Below, one piece after another: positions 10,641-20,927 of a DNA stretch of 64,000 nucleotides. The notes beneath the pieces are model-generated. The model worked only from the letters and a program-made list of their open reading frames with translations. It was not told where the DNA came from and did no database searches. This DNA is from Promethearchaeia archaeon (lineage in GTDB: Archaea; Asgardarchaeota; Lokiarchaeia; Sigyniarchaeales; SOKP01): contig JAHQWK010000001.1 in the NCBI GenBank assembly GCA_029856145.1, positions 192,001 to 256,000 on the forward strand, written 5' to 3'. Both the position numbers and the translations under genes were made by a program. How positions within the stretch are numbered: the first letter of the stretch is position 1; each line of letters begins with the position of its first letter.

Positions 10641-10918
10641 TTCTCACTAAAATAAATCGAATTTTAAAGGATTTTTATCTTTATATTACATTTTTTCTAT
10701 TTAAACCAAAGACTTATTAGATAATCGCATCGAATCCAAAAATATTTAGAGATATCGATATAAGGCTAGAAATTTTTTTCACTGTTGATATTTAAAAATT
10801 AAAAAATTTCTGGGGATAATAGTATTATTTTTAATATATCTTGAACATAGTATTCAATTATATAATAAGAAAATTTTTGTTAAACTGCTTTAAGATTATT
10901 TGTTTAAAGATTTTACTC

Positions 10919-11065
10919 ATGTATAATGCCATCATCTCAGGTGCGGGACATTCAGGTTCACAATGTGCTGAACACCTAGTTAAAACGGGATATAAAGTTG
11001 CTCTAATCCCTTCAGAGGATTTTCTATTCCCTTCAGAAGATTTTATAGCAAAAATAGATGACTAG
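10919..11065 (+). pseudogene. Internally deleted geranylgeranyl-reductase paralog (N-terminal 30 aa fused to C-terminal 11 aa)
   Basis: MYNAIISGAGHSGSQCAEHLVKTGYKVALI matches the start of 14688..15857 (MYDVVISGAGPSGSQCAEVLTKAGFKVALI); PSEDFIAKIDD* matches its end (PSKDFIQKIND*). Confidence 0.85.
11007..11047 (+). repeat. Imperfect 21-bp-period tandem duplication at the deletion junction
   Basis: TCCCTTCAGAGGATTTTCTA-T-TCCCTTCAGAAGATTTTATA. Confidence 0.85.
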
Positions 11066-11101
11066 CTAAAATTCAAAAATAAAATCTCACAAATTACAAT
11101 A

Positions 11102-11554
11102 ATGAAATCCGACAAATTAATAATAAGAATAATTAAGAGTAAAAAGGAAGTTTATTACTCATTATTTTCAATTTCAGTAAGTTATTTATTATATTTGATC
11201 TTCATTTTATTCATTAATTTAGCAGATAGTCAAGTTGTTTTACCTTTTTTATTTTTGAGTGTTACTATTTTAATTTTTTTATATTCTCTTGACATATACT
11301 ATGATTCTAAGAGATATAACGAATCTACTTCAAAAAAATTAATATTTTTTTTAATTTTTTTCTCAATCGCTATTAGTTTCATTGCAGTATTGAGACTAAT
11401 AATTCTAATATTATTTGATATTTATTATTTAATTCCTATCTCTATCCACTTTCTAGCCTCAATTATAATTTATTATATCCTTAGGAAAGAAGTAAAGAAG
11501 TATTATTCTACAAAAAATAAACAGAATATTGAACAAAGTAAAAATCACCTTTAG
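11102..11554 (+). CDS. 4-TM hypothetical membrane protein
   Basis: Four hydrophobic segments; 11 bp upstream of the GT87-like gene. Confidence 0.65.
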   Translation: MKSDKLIIRIIKSKKEVYYSLFSISVSYLLYLIFILFINLADSQVVLPFLFLSVTILIFLYSLDIYYDSKRYNESTSKKLIFFLIFFSIAISFIAVLRLIILILFDIYYLIPISIHFLASIIIYYILRKEVKKYYSTKNKQNIEQSKNHL

Positions 11555-11565
11555 TATTATTAATT

Positions 11566-12516
11566 ATGAAATCAAATAAATCGGTTTTTACTAAAGAAAA
11601 GAGAGAGTCTTACGTCTTGTTCTATATTCTTATCATCATTTTGATATCAGCATTTTTAGTTGCTCTTAGAATTATCTTTTACTTCTTCCAAGAAGAATCT
11701 TCTGGATTATTTTTTATTGATTTATTAATGAGAAATAGAGATCTAAACTTTAAAACCAACTACGATTTAATGCATAACGGAATTATTCATTATTATGAAA
11801 ATAATCCTCTATTAGATGAAAAAGCGATTTATTTCTACTTCTGGTATTTTATCTTTTATCCCTTCTACATGATACCCCTAGAAATTTCACTATATATCTG
11901 GGATCTATTGAGATTGTTTACCATGATATATATTGCAGTCAATATCCACAAGATAATTGAAAATAGAAGAGATCTACTCTTTTTCTTTCTGTTTTCTGGC
12001 ATTGGATATTTTGCCGACATGTATTTAAATAATACGAATTGGATTATTCAATTCTTATTATATGAATCATACATTCACCTAGAGAAGGATAAGAAACTCT
12101 ACTCTGGTATTTTTTTTACTCTGGCTACTTTTAAAATAACATTGATTATTATTCCGTTTGTATTTATCATTATTAAAAAGATTAAAGTGAAGGATTTGGT
12201 ATACTATTTTTTACCATTAATCGTAATTTGTATGCCCTATCTTATTTTTCCAGGATATTTTTTATCTATGATATCTAATTGGTTTTATATTGCAAATACA
12301 ACATCAGGCCCTCCTATTCTGACCATCTTTTTAATAATTTGGCGTTTAATTCAACCTGCTCACTTGATGTTTATTAGTATAATAATAGTAATTGTTCTCA
12401 TAAATATTAAGAATGAAGGAGCAAGAAATCGAATTGGTTCTTTAATTTATTTTGTTATTTTTGTATTTTGGGTTTTTTTATGGGTACTAATATTAGGATT
12501 GGCTCTATTTTTTTGA
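11566..12516 (+). CDS. GT87/DUF2029-like GT-C membrane glycosyltransferase
   Basis: Polytopic; YFYFWYFIFYPF...W, ADMYLNNTN, SGIFFTLATFK match the GT87 pattern (Y-Y-P-F-P...GN...G-A-K). Confidence 0.7.
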   Translation: MKSNKSVFTKEKRESYVLFYILIIILISAFLVALRIIFYFFQEESSGLFFIDLLMRNRDLNFKTNYDLMHNGIIHYYENNPLLDEKAIYFYFWYFIFYPFYMIPLEISLYIWDLLRLFTMIYIAVNIHKIIENRRDLLFFFLFSGIGYFADMYLNNTNWIIQFLLYESYIHLEKDKKLYSGIFFTLATFKITLIIIPFVFIIIKKIKVKDLVYYFLPLIVICMPYLIFPGYFLSMISNWFYIANTTSGPPILTIFLIIWRLIQPAHLMFISIIIVIVLINIKNEGARNRIGSLIYFVIFVFWVFLWVLILGLALFF

Positions 12517-12903
12517 TTATATTCGATTATTATCATACTCTTGAATATTAATTAATACAAATGAGATAATAATAGAAGGCATAGATGAAAAACTGTATAC
12601 TGGAGCAAAACAAGCAAAACCAAATAACCTAATTAAAAAAATAATATTAAAACCAATTCCAATAAGTAAGAAACTTAGTATAGCAGCTTTAAATTTTCTA
12701 TTAATTTGTTTAATTCTTACAGTAATTATTCCCGAAGTGACCATTAGTATGATTCTTATAAATTCAAACCACGGTAAAAATATGAATAATCCTGTATAAA
12801 CTATTTTACTTAATGTGATTGAGTTATTTATCCATAGAATCAGTATTAGATTAAGTAAAAATGATATTAGTGATATTATAAGCTTTAAATTAACCAATCC
12901 CAC
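12517..12903 (-). CDS. Small hydrophobic hypothetical protein
   Basis: 128 aa, about 4 TM segments, abuts the GT87-like stop. Confidence 0.5.
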   Translation of the reverse strand: MGLVNLKLIISLISFLLNLILILWINNSITLSKIVYTGLFIFLPWFEFIRIILMVTSGIITVRIKQINRKFKAAILSFLLIGIGFNIIFLIRLFGFACFAPVYSFSSMPSIIISFVLINIQEYDNNRI

Positions 12904-13128
12904 TAAAAGGTTGTATCTCTGCCTATTATTTATTAATAAAATACACCATAGACTAATTTTATTAGAAATACTAATTCTTTAAGATTTATTTCTATTGTTA
13001 TCATAAAAAATTGCCAAAATTAATTGGATTTGGTTATAAATGTTTTTATATTTATATTCTTTAATAAGATTGTTTTATCCTTTAATTAGAAATTCCAATC
13101 ATAAAAAAAAATTTTAACATGATAAATT

Positions 13129-13758
13129 ATGTCTGAAAATGAAGTAATGTGTAGTAACTGCGGTACTCTCAATAAAAAAGATAGTATATATTGCGTTGAT
13201 TGTGGTGTGCTATTAAAAACAGCTATGAGTGATATGCTTACTACCACACCACCAACAAAGAAAGAATCTAAATCTTCATATAAAGAATTTAAGTTTCCTT
13301 ATAAAGTATTAATATACTTTGGCATTGTTGTAGTTGTAAATTTCATATTATCTCTCTTAATACTGATGGGATTTGCTTTAGGAGCAAATTCCTATTTTGC
13401 AGTTTTTTTTGGAGTATTCTTACTCTCAATGATAATCGTTGGTGTATTTTGGGGCGCAGCTAAAGCTGGTAGTAGTGATGCTGTAGAAGCTATAGGTGTG
13501 TGTGGAGGTATAGTCATTGCTAGTATAGTAATAGCACTTGCAATTCCTATTTACATTTTCACTACTTTGGCACCTATAGTTGGAGCAATAGCTGCCCAAA
13601 TAGGAGAAGCAATATCCAATGCAATTAATAACTTTTTTTCATCTCTGTTCGAAGATATTGAAATTCCTGGTTTTGAACCATTTTTATTTATTGGTTTATT
13701 CATAGTACTTTCGATATTTATTGTTTATAGGTACCATTTAGTAGCAAAAAGGAAATAG
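13129..13758 (+). CDS. Zinc-ribbon membrane protein with C-terminal PGF-CTERM/Loki-CTERM-type sorting signal
   Basis: CSNC...CVDC N-terminus; 3 TM; IEIPGFEP + TM helix + basic tail (AKRK). Confidence 0.8.
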   Translation: MSENEVMCSNCGTLNKKDSIYCVDCGVLLKTAMSDMLTTTPPTKKESKSSYKEFKFPYKVLIYFGIVVVVNFILSLLILMGFALGANSYFAVFFGVFLLSMIIVGVFWGAAKAGSSDAVEAIGVCGGIVIASIVIALAIPIYIFTTLAPIVGAIAAQIGEAISNAINNFFSSLFEDIEIPGFEPFLFIGLFIVLSIFIVYRYHLVAKRK

Positions 13759-13846
13759 TTTTAATAATTAACATTATTTTTATTTCCTTTTTTTTTTTCC
13801 ATTATAATGATCTAACCTGAATTGAAAAACCATATATGACTAAAAA

Positions 13847-14521
13847 ATGAAAGAAAACCAAAATGACCAGTTTTATTATCCTAAACCAACACTCCACTTG
13901 GATGGGAAAGCATATAGGTTTACGACTCTTCAAATATTTTATTTAATTTTTGGCAGTCCATTATTATCTATATTGATTTATTTATTTCTAAAACTTAAAA
14001 TTAATTACTGGATATATGAACTCACAGCTATACAAATAGTTAGTATCTTAAACCTAATTTTTAATATAAATTCAATAGTGATTATCTATTCAGATCCAAA
14101 TATCTTTCCCACAATATCTATACCTAACCATCCATTTAATGGGAATTATGCAATTACTACAAATTGTATCGCAGCTCATATTTTTGGCATTATGATTGCA
14201 ATCATTTTATTTATACCAGCATCAAAAGATTCTTCAAACAAAAAGGATTTTATTTGGAGAAAAATAAAGACATTAACAATTTCAATTGTAGGAATTTACA
14301 TTTTAAATATATTTCGAATTGCTTTTTTATTATTTTTTAATTATAACGGAATTCCATTTGAGTTCATTCATGAATCGCTATTCTTCTTATCTGCAGTTAT
14401 CGGAGCTTTATTTCTTGTTTTACTCCTTAAAAATTGGCAACCAGAATTATTTATCTCAATCTATTACTTGTATTGTTTAATTTCTCAAAGGAAAAAAATC
14501 AACAGTTTAAGCAATAAATAA
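13847..14521 (+). CDS. Archaeosortase/exosortase family transpeptidase
   Basis: AITTNC (catalytic Cys), ILNIFRI (Arg), FIHES (His) with family-typical TM spacing. Confidence 0.85.
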   Translation: MKENQNDQFYYPKPTLHLDGKAYRFTTLQIFYLIFGSPLLSILIYLFLKLKINYWIYELTAIQIVSILNLIFNINSIVIIYSDPNIFPTISIPNHPFNGNYAITTNCIAAHIFGIMIAIILFIPASKDSSNKKDFIWRKIKTLTISIVGIYILNIFRIAFLLFFNYNGIPFEFIHESLFFLSAVIGALFLVLLLKNWQPELFISIYYLYCLISQRKKINSLSNK

Positions 14522-14687
14522 TTAATATGTTTATTTTTAATCAAAAAATATTACAATTTGAATGAATTTATTATATTCAATTTAAAACAAAAAAATGTTT
14601 GTAACTAGTCTAATCATAATCTCTATCCTGGGTTGTGCAGGGATTATCGTACTTATAAAATTCAGAAACGAATAATTATTTTTAATT

Positions 14688-15857
14688 ATGTATGATGTTG
14701 TAATTAGTGGTGCTGGGCCCTCAGGCTCTCAATGTGCCGAGGTTCTTACCAAAGCAGGTTTTAAGGTTGCGTTAATCGAAAAGGATACTAACTGGAGGAA
14801 ACCATGTGGAGGCGCCGTTCATTCTAGTGTTGTAGATCTCTATCCACAGATTAAAAAATTAAATATTCCAAAAATTTTAGGAGTTGTTATGTATTCAGCA
14901 GATTATCATAAGTTAGAATTTAAGGGCGAGGGTGATGAATATTCAATAATAATGGATAGATTAGAGCTCGATAATATAATGAGAGACGCTGCAGTTAATG
15001 CTGGAGCAGAACTTTTCGATAAAAACATATCATTTGATTTTTTGTTTAAAAATCAGAAAAAAATTGGTATAAAAACAAAATCTCCAACTGGTATCAAGGA
15101 GTACTATGGGAATTTAATAATAGTTGCTGACGGAATGAGTTCCAAATTAGCAATAAGATCCGGAGTAAGGCCGAAATGGAAAATCACCCAACTCGCAATT
15201 GGTAAATGTGCAATAATAGAAGGAAGTAATCAGTTAGATGAGGAATTTGTATATGTATATTTTAAACCATATCTAGGATATGGATGGATATTTCCATTAG
15301 GTAAAAAACGATTTAATATAGGAGTGTTTACTTTTGGAAAAGATAATTTAAATTATAATATACATGAAATTTATCAAGAGTTTCTTGGTAACCCAAACGT
15401 TAATAAATATATCCCAAATTCCACTTATAAGACTATATGGTCAAGTTCTTATTCTTTTCCAGCAGAAGGTGTATTAGAAAAGAGTTTATTTGCTGATAAT
15501 TTAATGCTTATAGGAGATGCTGGAGGATTCGTTTCTCCTATAAGTGGTGAAGGGATTCAAACAGCTGTAATCTCCGGTAAAATTGCGGCAGAAACAGCTA
15601 TAAAAGCTTTGCAAGAGGAAGATTATTCAAAAACTAATTTAAAAACCTATAAGACTAACCCTGAAATCAAAAAAATCATTAGGAATTTTAAACTGAAGTA
15701 TTCAATGATTAATTTCTTTTACGAGAATAATGGTAAAAATCTAAACAAAATGCTTCAACTATCTGAAAAAGATCCAGTGTTTAGAGAACAAGTAGTTAAC
15801 TTATTCACATATGGAGAAATGCCTTCAAAGGATTTTATACAAAAAATAAATGATTAG
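14688..15857 (+). CDS. Geranylgeranyl reductase family FAD oxidoreductase
   Basis: GAGPSG, KPCGG, RLELD, ADG, GYGWIFP, GDAGGFVSPISGEGI. Confidence 0.93.
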   Translation: MYDVVISGAGPSGSQCAEVLTKAGFKVALIEKDTNWRKPCGGAVHSSVVDLYPQIKKLNIPKILGVVMYSADYHKLEFKGEGDEYSIIMDRLELDNIMRDAAVNAGAELFDKNISFDFLFKNQKKIGIKTKSPTGIKEYYGNLIIVADGMSSKLAIRSGVRPKWKITQLAIGKCAIIEGSNQLDEEFVYVYFKPYLGYGWIFPLGKKRFNIGVFTFGKDNLNYNIHEIYQEFLGNPNVNKYIPNSTYKTIWSSSYSFPAEGVLEKSLFADNLMLIGDAGGFVSPISGEGIQTAVISGKIAAETAIKALQEEDYSKTNLKTYKTNPEIKKIIRNFKLKYSMINFFYENNGKNLNKMLQLSEKDPVFREQVVNLFTYGEMPSKDFIQKIND

Positions 15858-15889
15858 AAAAAAAAAATTAAACCCATCTCAATATATTC

Positions 15890-15995
15890 TCCCCTTATTT
15901 TCCCCTTATATCTAAAAATCGATACATTTATATATGTCAGTTAATACTTATATAATAGTCATTGTCAAGTAAGTGATGACAACAATCGCTTACTT
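15890..15995 (+). promoter_or_regulatory. grpE-dnaK promoter region with direct and inverted repeats
   Basis: TCCCCTTAT x2 (15890, 15901); TATA-like TTTATATA ~15927; TTGTCA-N9-TGACAA (15962-15982); hairpin AAGTAAGTGAT-N7-ATCGCTTACTT (15967-15995). Confidence 0.5.
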
Positions 15996-16045
15996 ATAAA
16001 AAAACTTTTAATAAATGGGGTTTAAAACTCAAAAAAATTAAAAAA

Positions 16046-16756
16046 ATGAATTATAATTTTAGAAAAGAAATAGGAGATATAAGACCTATGGTATTTGAAG
16101 ATTATTTTGACAGGTTTATGAGCGAACGCGGTTCTCCGCGTAGTATATCAAATCAAATTTCAATTTCGAGAAGTGATTTTGAACAGCTTAAAGCGAAGGC
16201 GGAAAAATATGAGGCGTTAGTGAAAGAACACAAGAAAATAAAGACTCAAAACGATCGGATGCTCAAGGAACTCGATGATATGAAGGACGATGGGCGCAAG
16301 TTTAAAGAATTAATGGAAGAAAAGGAGAAATTTATGAATTCCCTTTTACGTGTACGCGCTGATTTTGAGAACTATAAGAAGCGTTCAGAGCGAGAAAACG
16401 GTAGGTATCGAGAACATGTTATGGAAGTTATTTTAAAAAAATTGATCGATCATTATGATGATTTAATAAGAGCATTAAACTTGCTAAAAGTGCTTGAGAA
16501 TATGGATGGTATTAAAAATGGCTTTGAAATAATAATGAAGAATTTTGAAAAATTGCTTGTTGAAGAAGGTGTAGAATCGATGAATTCGGAAGGTGAGAAA
16601 TTTGATCCCTATAAGCATGAAGCAGTAATAGTTGAAGAGGGTCGGAATGATCTCCCTGAAAATACGATATTAGAAGAAATAACTAAAGGTTATTACTTTA
16701 AAGATAAAGTATTAAGACCAGCAATGGTCAAAATCTCAAAAAAATCAAAATTATAA
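16046..16756 (+). CDS. grpE: Nucleotide exchange factor GrpE
   Basis: LRVRADFENYKKR, GEKFDPYKHEA, KGY...VLRPAMVKIS; upstream of dnaK. Confidence 0.96.
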   Translation: MNYNFRKEIGDIRPMVFEDYFDRFMSERGSPRSISNQISISRSDFEQLKAKAEKYEALVKEHKKIKTQNDRMLKELDDMKDDGRKFKELMEEKEKFMNSLLRVRADFENYKKRSERENGRYREHVMEVILKKLIDHYDDLIRALNLLKVLENMDGIKNGFEIIMKNFEKLLVEEGVESMNSEGEKFDPYKHEAVIVEEGRNDLPENTILEEITKGYYFKDKVLRPAMVKISKKSKL

Positions 16757-16814
16757 AATTTAAAATAAAAAATCAAAAAAAAAAACAAATTAAAATAAAA
16801 AAGAGTGATGAAAT

Positions 16815-18722
16815 ATGGCAAAAATAATAGGAATTGACCTAGGAACGTCAAATTCAGCAGCAGCTGTATTAATTGGAGGCAAACCAACAATTATTCCGAG
16901 TGCTGAGGGTTTAACCTTAGGTGGAAAAGCATTCCCTTCTGTGGTTGCTTTTACGAAAGATGCTCAGAGATTAGTTGGAGAGCCAGCAAGGAGACAAGCG
17001 ATCTCAAATCCTGATCGAACAATAACTGCAATAAAGAGAAAGATGGGTACATCCTATAAAGTTAATATTGATGGGAAAGAATATTCTCCACAAGAGATTT
17101 CAGCTATGATTCTTAGAAAGATCAAGGAAGATGCTAGTGCTTATTTAGGGGAAGAAGTTACTGATGTTATTATTACAGTACCAGCTTATTTTAACGATAA
17201 TCAAAGACAAGCTACAAAGGATGCGGGAAGGATTGCAGGATTAAATGTTAAGCGTTTAATTAACGAACCCACTGCCGCAGCGGTAGCTTATGGATTAGAC
17301 AAAAAAAATGCAAGATTAAAAATTGCAGTATTGGATCTTGGCGGTGGTACTTTTGATGTCACAATAATGGAGATGGATAATCAAGTATTTGAAGTGATTT
17401 CTACAGCAGGTGATACTCAATTAGGAGGTACAGATATGGATAAGATACTTGTCGACTATCTTGTATCAGAATTTCAGAAAAATGAGGGAGTCGATTTAAA
17501 AGGAGATTCAATGGCAATGCAAAGGGTTCGAGAAGCCGCTGAAAAAGCTAAAATTGAATTATCTACATCAATAACAACTGATATTAATTTACCTTATATT
17601 ACCGCTACAAGTGAAGGTCCTAAACACCTTAATATGACACTTACGAGAGCAAAATTAGAGCAACTAATTGAGCCAGTATTAAAGAGACTAGACACCTCTA
17701 TTTTGAAGGCTTTAAGAGATGCGGGGATGGCTAGAGGAGAAATAGATAAAACTATTTTAGTCGGCGGACCTACAAGAATGCCTGTCATTCAAAAGAAATT
17801 TGAGGACTTATTAGGCAAAACACCAGAGCGTAGTATTGATCCAATGGAGTGCGTTGCGATGGGTGCTTCTGTACAAGGCGGAGTTTTAACTGGAGAAGTA
17901 GAAGATTTACTATTACTTGATGTTACACCATTATCATTAGGAGTTGAAACATTAGGTGGAGTCTTTACAAAATTAATTGAAAGAAACACTACAATTCCTA
18001 CCAAAAAAGCTGAGACTTTCTCAACAGCAGCAGATAATCAACCAGCAGTAGAGATTCATGTATTGCAAGGTGAAAGACTAAGAGCAGCAGATAACATAAC
18101 ATTAGGTAGATTTCATTTAAATGGAATTCCCCCTGCTCCAAGGGGTATGCCACAGATCGAAGTAACTTTTGATATCGATCAAAATGGAATTATCAATGTT
18201 TCAGCAAAAGATAAAGGTACTGGAAAAAGTCAATCGATAACAATTACAGCATCCACTAAGATGTCTGATGATGAAATTGATCAAAAAATCCGTGAAGCTG
18301 AAAGAAATGCTGAAGAAGATAAAAAATTCAAAGAATTAACTGAGGTAAAAAATCATGGAGAGTCATTAATTTACCAAACTGAGAAACTATTAAACGAAAA
18401 TGAAGCTGTTATAGGCGATTTAAAATCAAATATACTTAATAAAATCTCTGATTTAAGAAGTGCGATGGAATCTGATGAAGTTAACAAAATTAAAACTGCT
18501 TCAGAAGCTTTACAAAATTCATTACATGAAGTCTCATCTCGAATGTATGGACAACAGCAGGGGCAAGGAGCTTATCAAGGTGCACCACCCGGAGGAATGG
18601 GTGAAGTACCCCCAGGAAGCACATATGGTGATCAAGGAAAAACCCAAGATGAAATTGAAGAGGAACAATTCAGAAGAGCTACAGGCCAAGATGATAATGT
18701 AGTTGATGCTGAGTATGATTAA
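16815..18722 (+). CDS. dnaK: Chaperone DnaK (Hsp70)
   Basis: [41 protein letters not shown]. Confidence 0.99.
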   Translation: MAKIIGIDLGTSNSAAAVLIGGKPTIIPSAEGLTLGGKAFPSVVAFTKDAQRLVGEPARRQAISNPDRTITAIKRKMGTSYKVNIDGKEYSPQEISAMILRKIKEDASAYLGEEVTDVIITVPAYFNDNQRQATKDAGRIAGLNVKRLINEPTAAAVAYGLDKKNARLKIAVLDLGGGTFDVTIMEMDNQVFEVISTAGDTQLGGTDMDKILVDYLVSEFQKNEGVDLKGDSMAMQRVREAAEKAKIELSTSITTDINLPYITATSEGPKHLNMTLTRAKLEQLIEPVLKRLDTSILKALRDAGMARGEIDKTILVGGPTRMPVIQKKFEDLLGKTPERSIDPMECVAMGASVQGGVLTGEVEDLLLLDVTPLSLGVETLGGVFTKLIERNTTIPTKKAETFSTAADNQPAVEIHVLQGERLRAADNITLGRFHLNGIPPAPRGMPQIEVTFDIDQNGIINVSAKDKGTGKSQSITITASTKMSDDEIDQKIREAERNAEEDKKFKELTEVKNHGESLIYQTEKLLNENEAVIGDLKSNILNKISDLRSAMESDEVNKIKTASEALQNSLHEVSSRMYGQQQGQGAYQGAPPGGMGEVPPGSTYGDQGKTQDEIEEEQFRRATGQDDNVVDAEYD

Positions 18723-18795
18723 ATACGATTTTTTTTTTATTAATTTTTTTTATTCTTTACTTAAAAATTATTATTATATAAAGGGGTTGTAAAAT

Positions 18796-19806
18796 ATGGT
18801 AAAAGATTACTATAAAACACTAGGAATTAATAAAGGAGCTTCAAAAGAGGAAATAAAAAGAGCATTTCGTAAAATGGCTCGTAAATACCATCCTGATGTT
18901 AATCCTGATGAGTCAAAATCAGGAGAAAAATTTAAGGAGATAAATGAAGCATACAGTATTTTGAGTGATGACAAAAAAAGAGAAATGTATGATAAATTTG
19001 GTGTTGTAGAAGGAGATTCTTCAACATATCAGAATTCGGGAGGAGCTCCAAGAGGCGCTAGAGTTCAGAGAAGCCCAGATGGTACAACCTATTACTATTC
19101 CACATCAGGTTCTCCTGGAGGATTCGATTTCAGTGAAATATTTGGGAATAAAGGTAATTCAAGGAATGGAACTGGTGGATTTGATTTTTTTAATGATTTA
19201 GGAGATATTTTTGACGTGTTTAATAGGAGAGGAGGAGGGAGCACACGAGCAAGATCTTCAAATTATAACAATCTTCCAAGAGAGGGGGATGATTTAAGAT
19301 ATGATATGGAAATAGATTTCATGGACGCATTTTATGGAGGGAAGAAAAAGGTTCAATATAAAGATCCCACAACCGGTCAAATGAAGTCTTTAAATGTAAA
19401 CATTCCAAGAGGGATCAAAGATGATCAAAAATTACGTCTAAAAGGGAAAGGTATGTTAGGAGAAAATGGAGGTTCTCCTGGTGATCTCTATATTGCTATA
19501 CACATAAGAAAGCATCCTAGATTTGAAAGGAGAGATGATGATATTTATGTGGAACAAGAAGTTTCTTTTACTACAGCAACACTTGGAGGAAAAATACAAG
19601 TGTCTGGAGTTGAAAAAACTTTGAATGTTACTCTTCCCCCGGGAACAAATGATTCATCATTATTAAGATTAAAAAATCAAGGATTTTATAAAATTAATTC
19701 AAATCAAAGAGGAAATTTATTGATTAAAATCAAAATTAAAGTTCCTGATAAATTGGATAGAAACCAGAAAATTTTATTAGAAAAATTACAATCTGTGGGT
19801 TTATAA
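18796..19806 (+). CDS. dnaJ: DnaJ, class B/CbpA-like (no zinc finger)
   Basis: J-domain with HPD, G/F-rich linker, C-terminal domain; no CxxCxGxG repeats. Confidence 0.92.
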   Translation: MVKDYYKTLGINKGASKEEIKRAFRKMARKYHPDVNPDESKSGEKFKEINEAYSILSDDKKREMYDKFGVVEGDSSTYQNSGGAPRGARVQRSPDGTTYYYSTSGSPGGFDFSEIFGNKGNSRNGTGGFDFFNDLGDIFDVFNRRGGGSTRARSSNYNNLPREGDDLRYDMEIDFMDAFYGGKKKVQYKDPTTGQMKSLNVNIPRGIKDDQKLRLKGKGMLGENGGSPGDLYIAIHIRKHPRFERRDDDIYVEQEVSFTTATLGGKIQVSGVEKTLNVTLPPGTNDSSLLRLKNQGFYKINSNQRGNLLIKIKIKVPDKLDRNQKILLEKLQSVGL

Positions 19807-19919
19807 ATAAATATGGATAAAAGTTATAAAATAAAAAATGAAAAAATAGAGGAGAATTAATAATTGGTCTACAATTGTTTTATTATTTTTAAAAAAAATA
19901 AGATAATGAGGATGTTATA

Positions 19920-20813
19920 ATGGCTATTAAAACGAAAAATAATGAATTATTAAATTTATGCCCGGAATGTGGGGGTTCAATAATTCCATTGATTAGTACT
20001 GGAGATGTTGTATGTAATCAATGTGGTTTAGTTATAGATGAAAAGAATGTTGATTTCTCACATAATGGTAGGAGAGCATATACAAATCAAGAAAAAATTA
20101 GTAGAGAGCAAACTGGGGCTCCAATTTCTATTTTACTACCAGATATGGGATTAAGTACAGTTATAGATAAAAGTAAAATAATTAACCCTGATTTAAAAAG
20201 AGCTGCTAAATGGAATACTCGTATAACATGGCAAAAGAGAAATTTATTAATTGCATCTACGGAATTAAAAAGAATTAGCACCATTTTGAACTTACCTAAT
20301 TACGTAAAAGAAGATGCGATGCGTCTTTATATCGAAGCTTTTAAAAAGAAATTGCTGCGAGGAAGATCTATTAATGCTATGGTTGCTGCTTGTTTATATC
20401 TAGCATGTAGGAGGAAAAAACTTCCCAGAACACTTCAAGAAATTTTGAATGAAGCAGCAGTAAATTCTAAAGATGTAAGAAGAAGTTATGCAATATTAAT
20501 TAGAGAACTGAAATTAAATCCACCATCAACTAATCCAGTATCTCTTATTCCGAAGTACATGACAGATTTAGGATTGAACTCAGAAATTGAGCAATTAACA
20601 ACTAAAATTCTTAATGCATATAGATCAAAATTTTCTATTAGTGGTAAAGATCCAAAGGGTTTATGTGCTGGAGCAATATATTTAGCATGTAAACTTAAAA
20701 ATAAAGAAGTTACTCAACAACAAATTGTACAAGCAATTGGGGTTACAGAAGTCACTCTTCGCTCAAGATATAAAGAATTAAAAAATAAATTAAAGATATC
20801 TATTCCAGTATAA
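19920..20813 (+). CDS. tfb: Transcription initiation factor IIB (TFB)
   Basis: CPECG...VCNQCGLV zinc ribbon; LLRGRS; GKDPKGL; GVTEVTLRSRYKEL. Confidence 0.96.
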   Translation: MAIKTKNNELLNLCPECGGSIIPLISTGDVVCNQCGLVIDEKNVDFSHNGRRAYTNQEKISREQTGAPISILLPDMGLSTVIDKSKIINPDLKRAAKWNTRITWQKRNLLIASTELKRISTILNLPNYVKEDAMRLYIEAFKKKLLRGRSINAMVAACLYLACRRKKLPRTLQEILNEAAVNSKDVRRSYAILIRELKLNPPSTNPVSLIPKYMTDLGLNSEIEQLTTKILNAYRSKFSISGKDPKGLCAGAIYLACKLKNKEVTQQQIVQAIGVTEVTLRSRYKELKNKLKISIPV

Positions 20814-20927
20814 AAAAAACATATTTTTTTTCAATCTCTTTTCCCTTTTTAGACTACTTTTTGAGGAAATATAAAAATATAGATATTTCATTATTATTAT
20901 TTAGTTAAAATTATAATTAAACTCATT

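Noticed and set aside
10841-10918. TTG-started extension of the mini-GGR ORF
   Set aside because: Homology to GGR begins at ATG 10919; the upstream part is AT-rich intergenic-like sequence
14625-14645. Small GC-richer hairpin ATCCTG...CAGGGAT upstream of GGR as an ncRNA
   Set aside because: Too short and imperfect to support a call
10919-14777. GGR fragment and intact GGR as att-site or target duplication of an integrated element
   Set aside because: DNA is substantially diverged, the fragment has both gene ends, and no integrase is present
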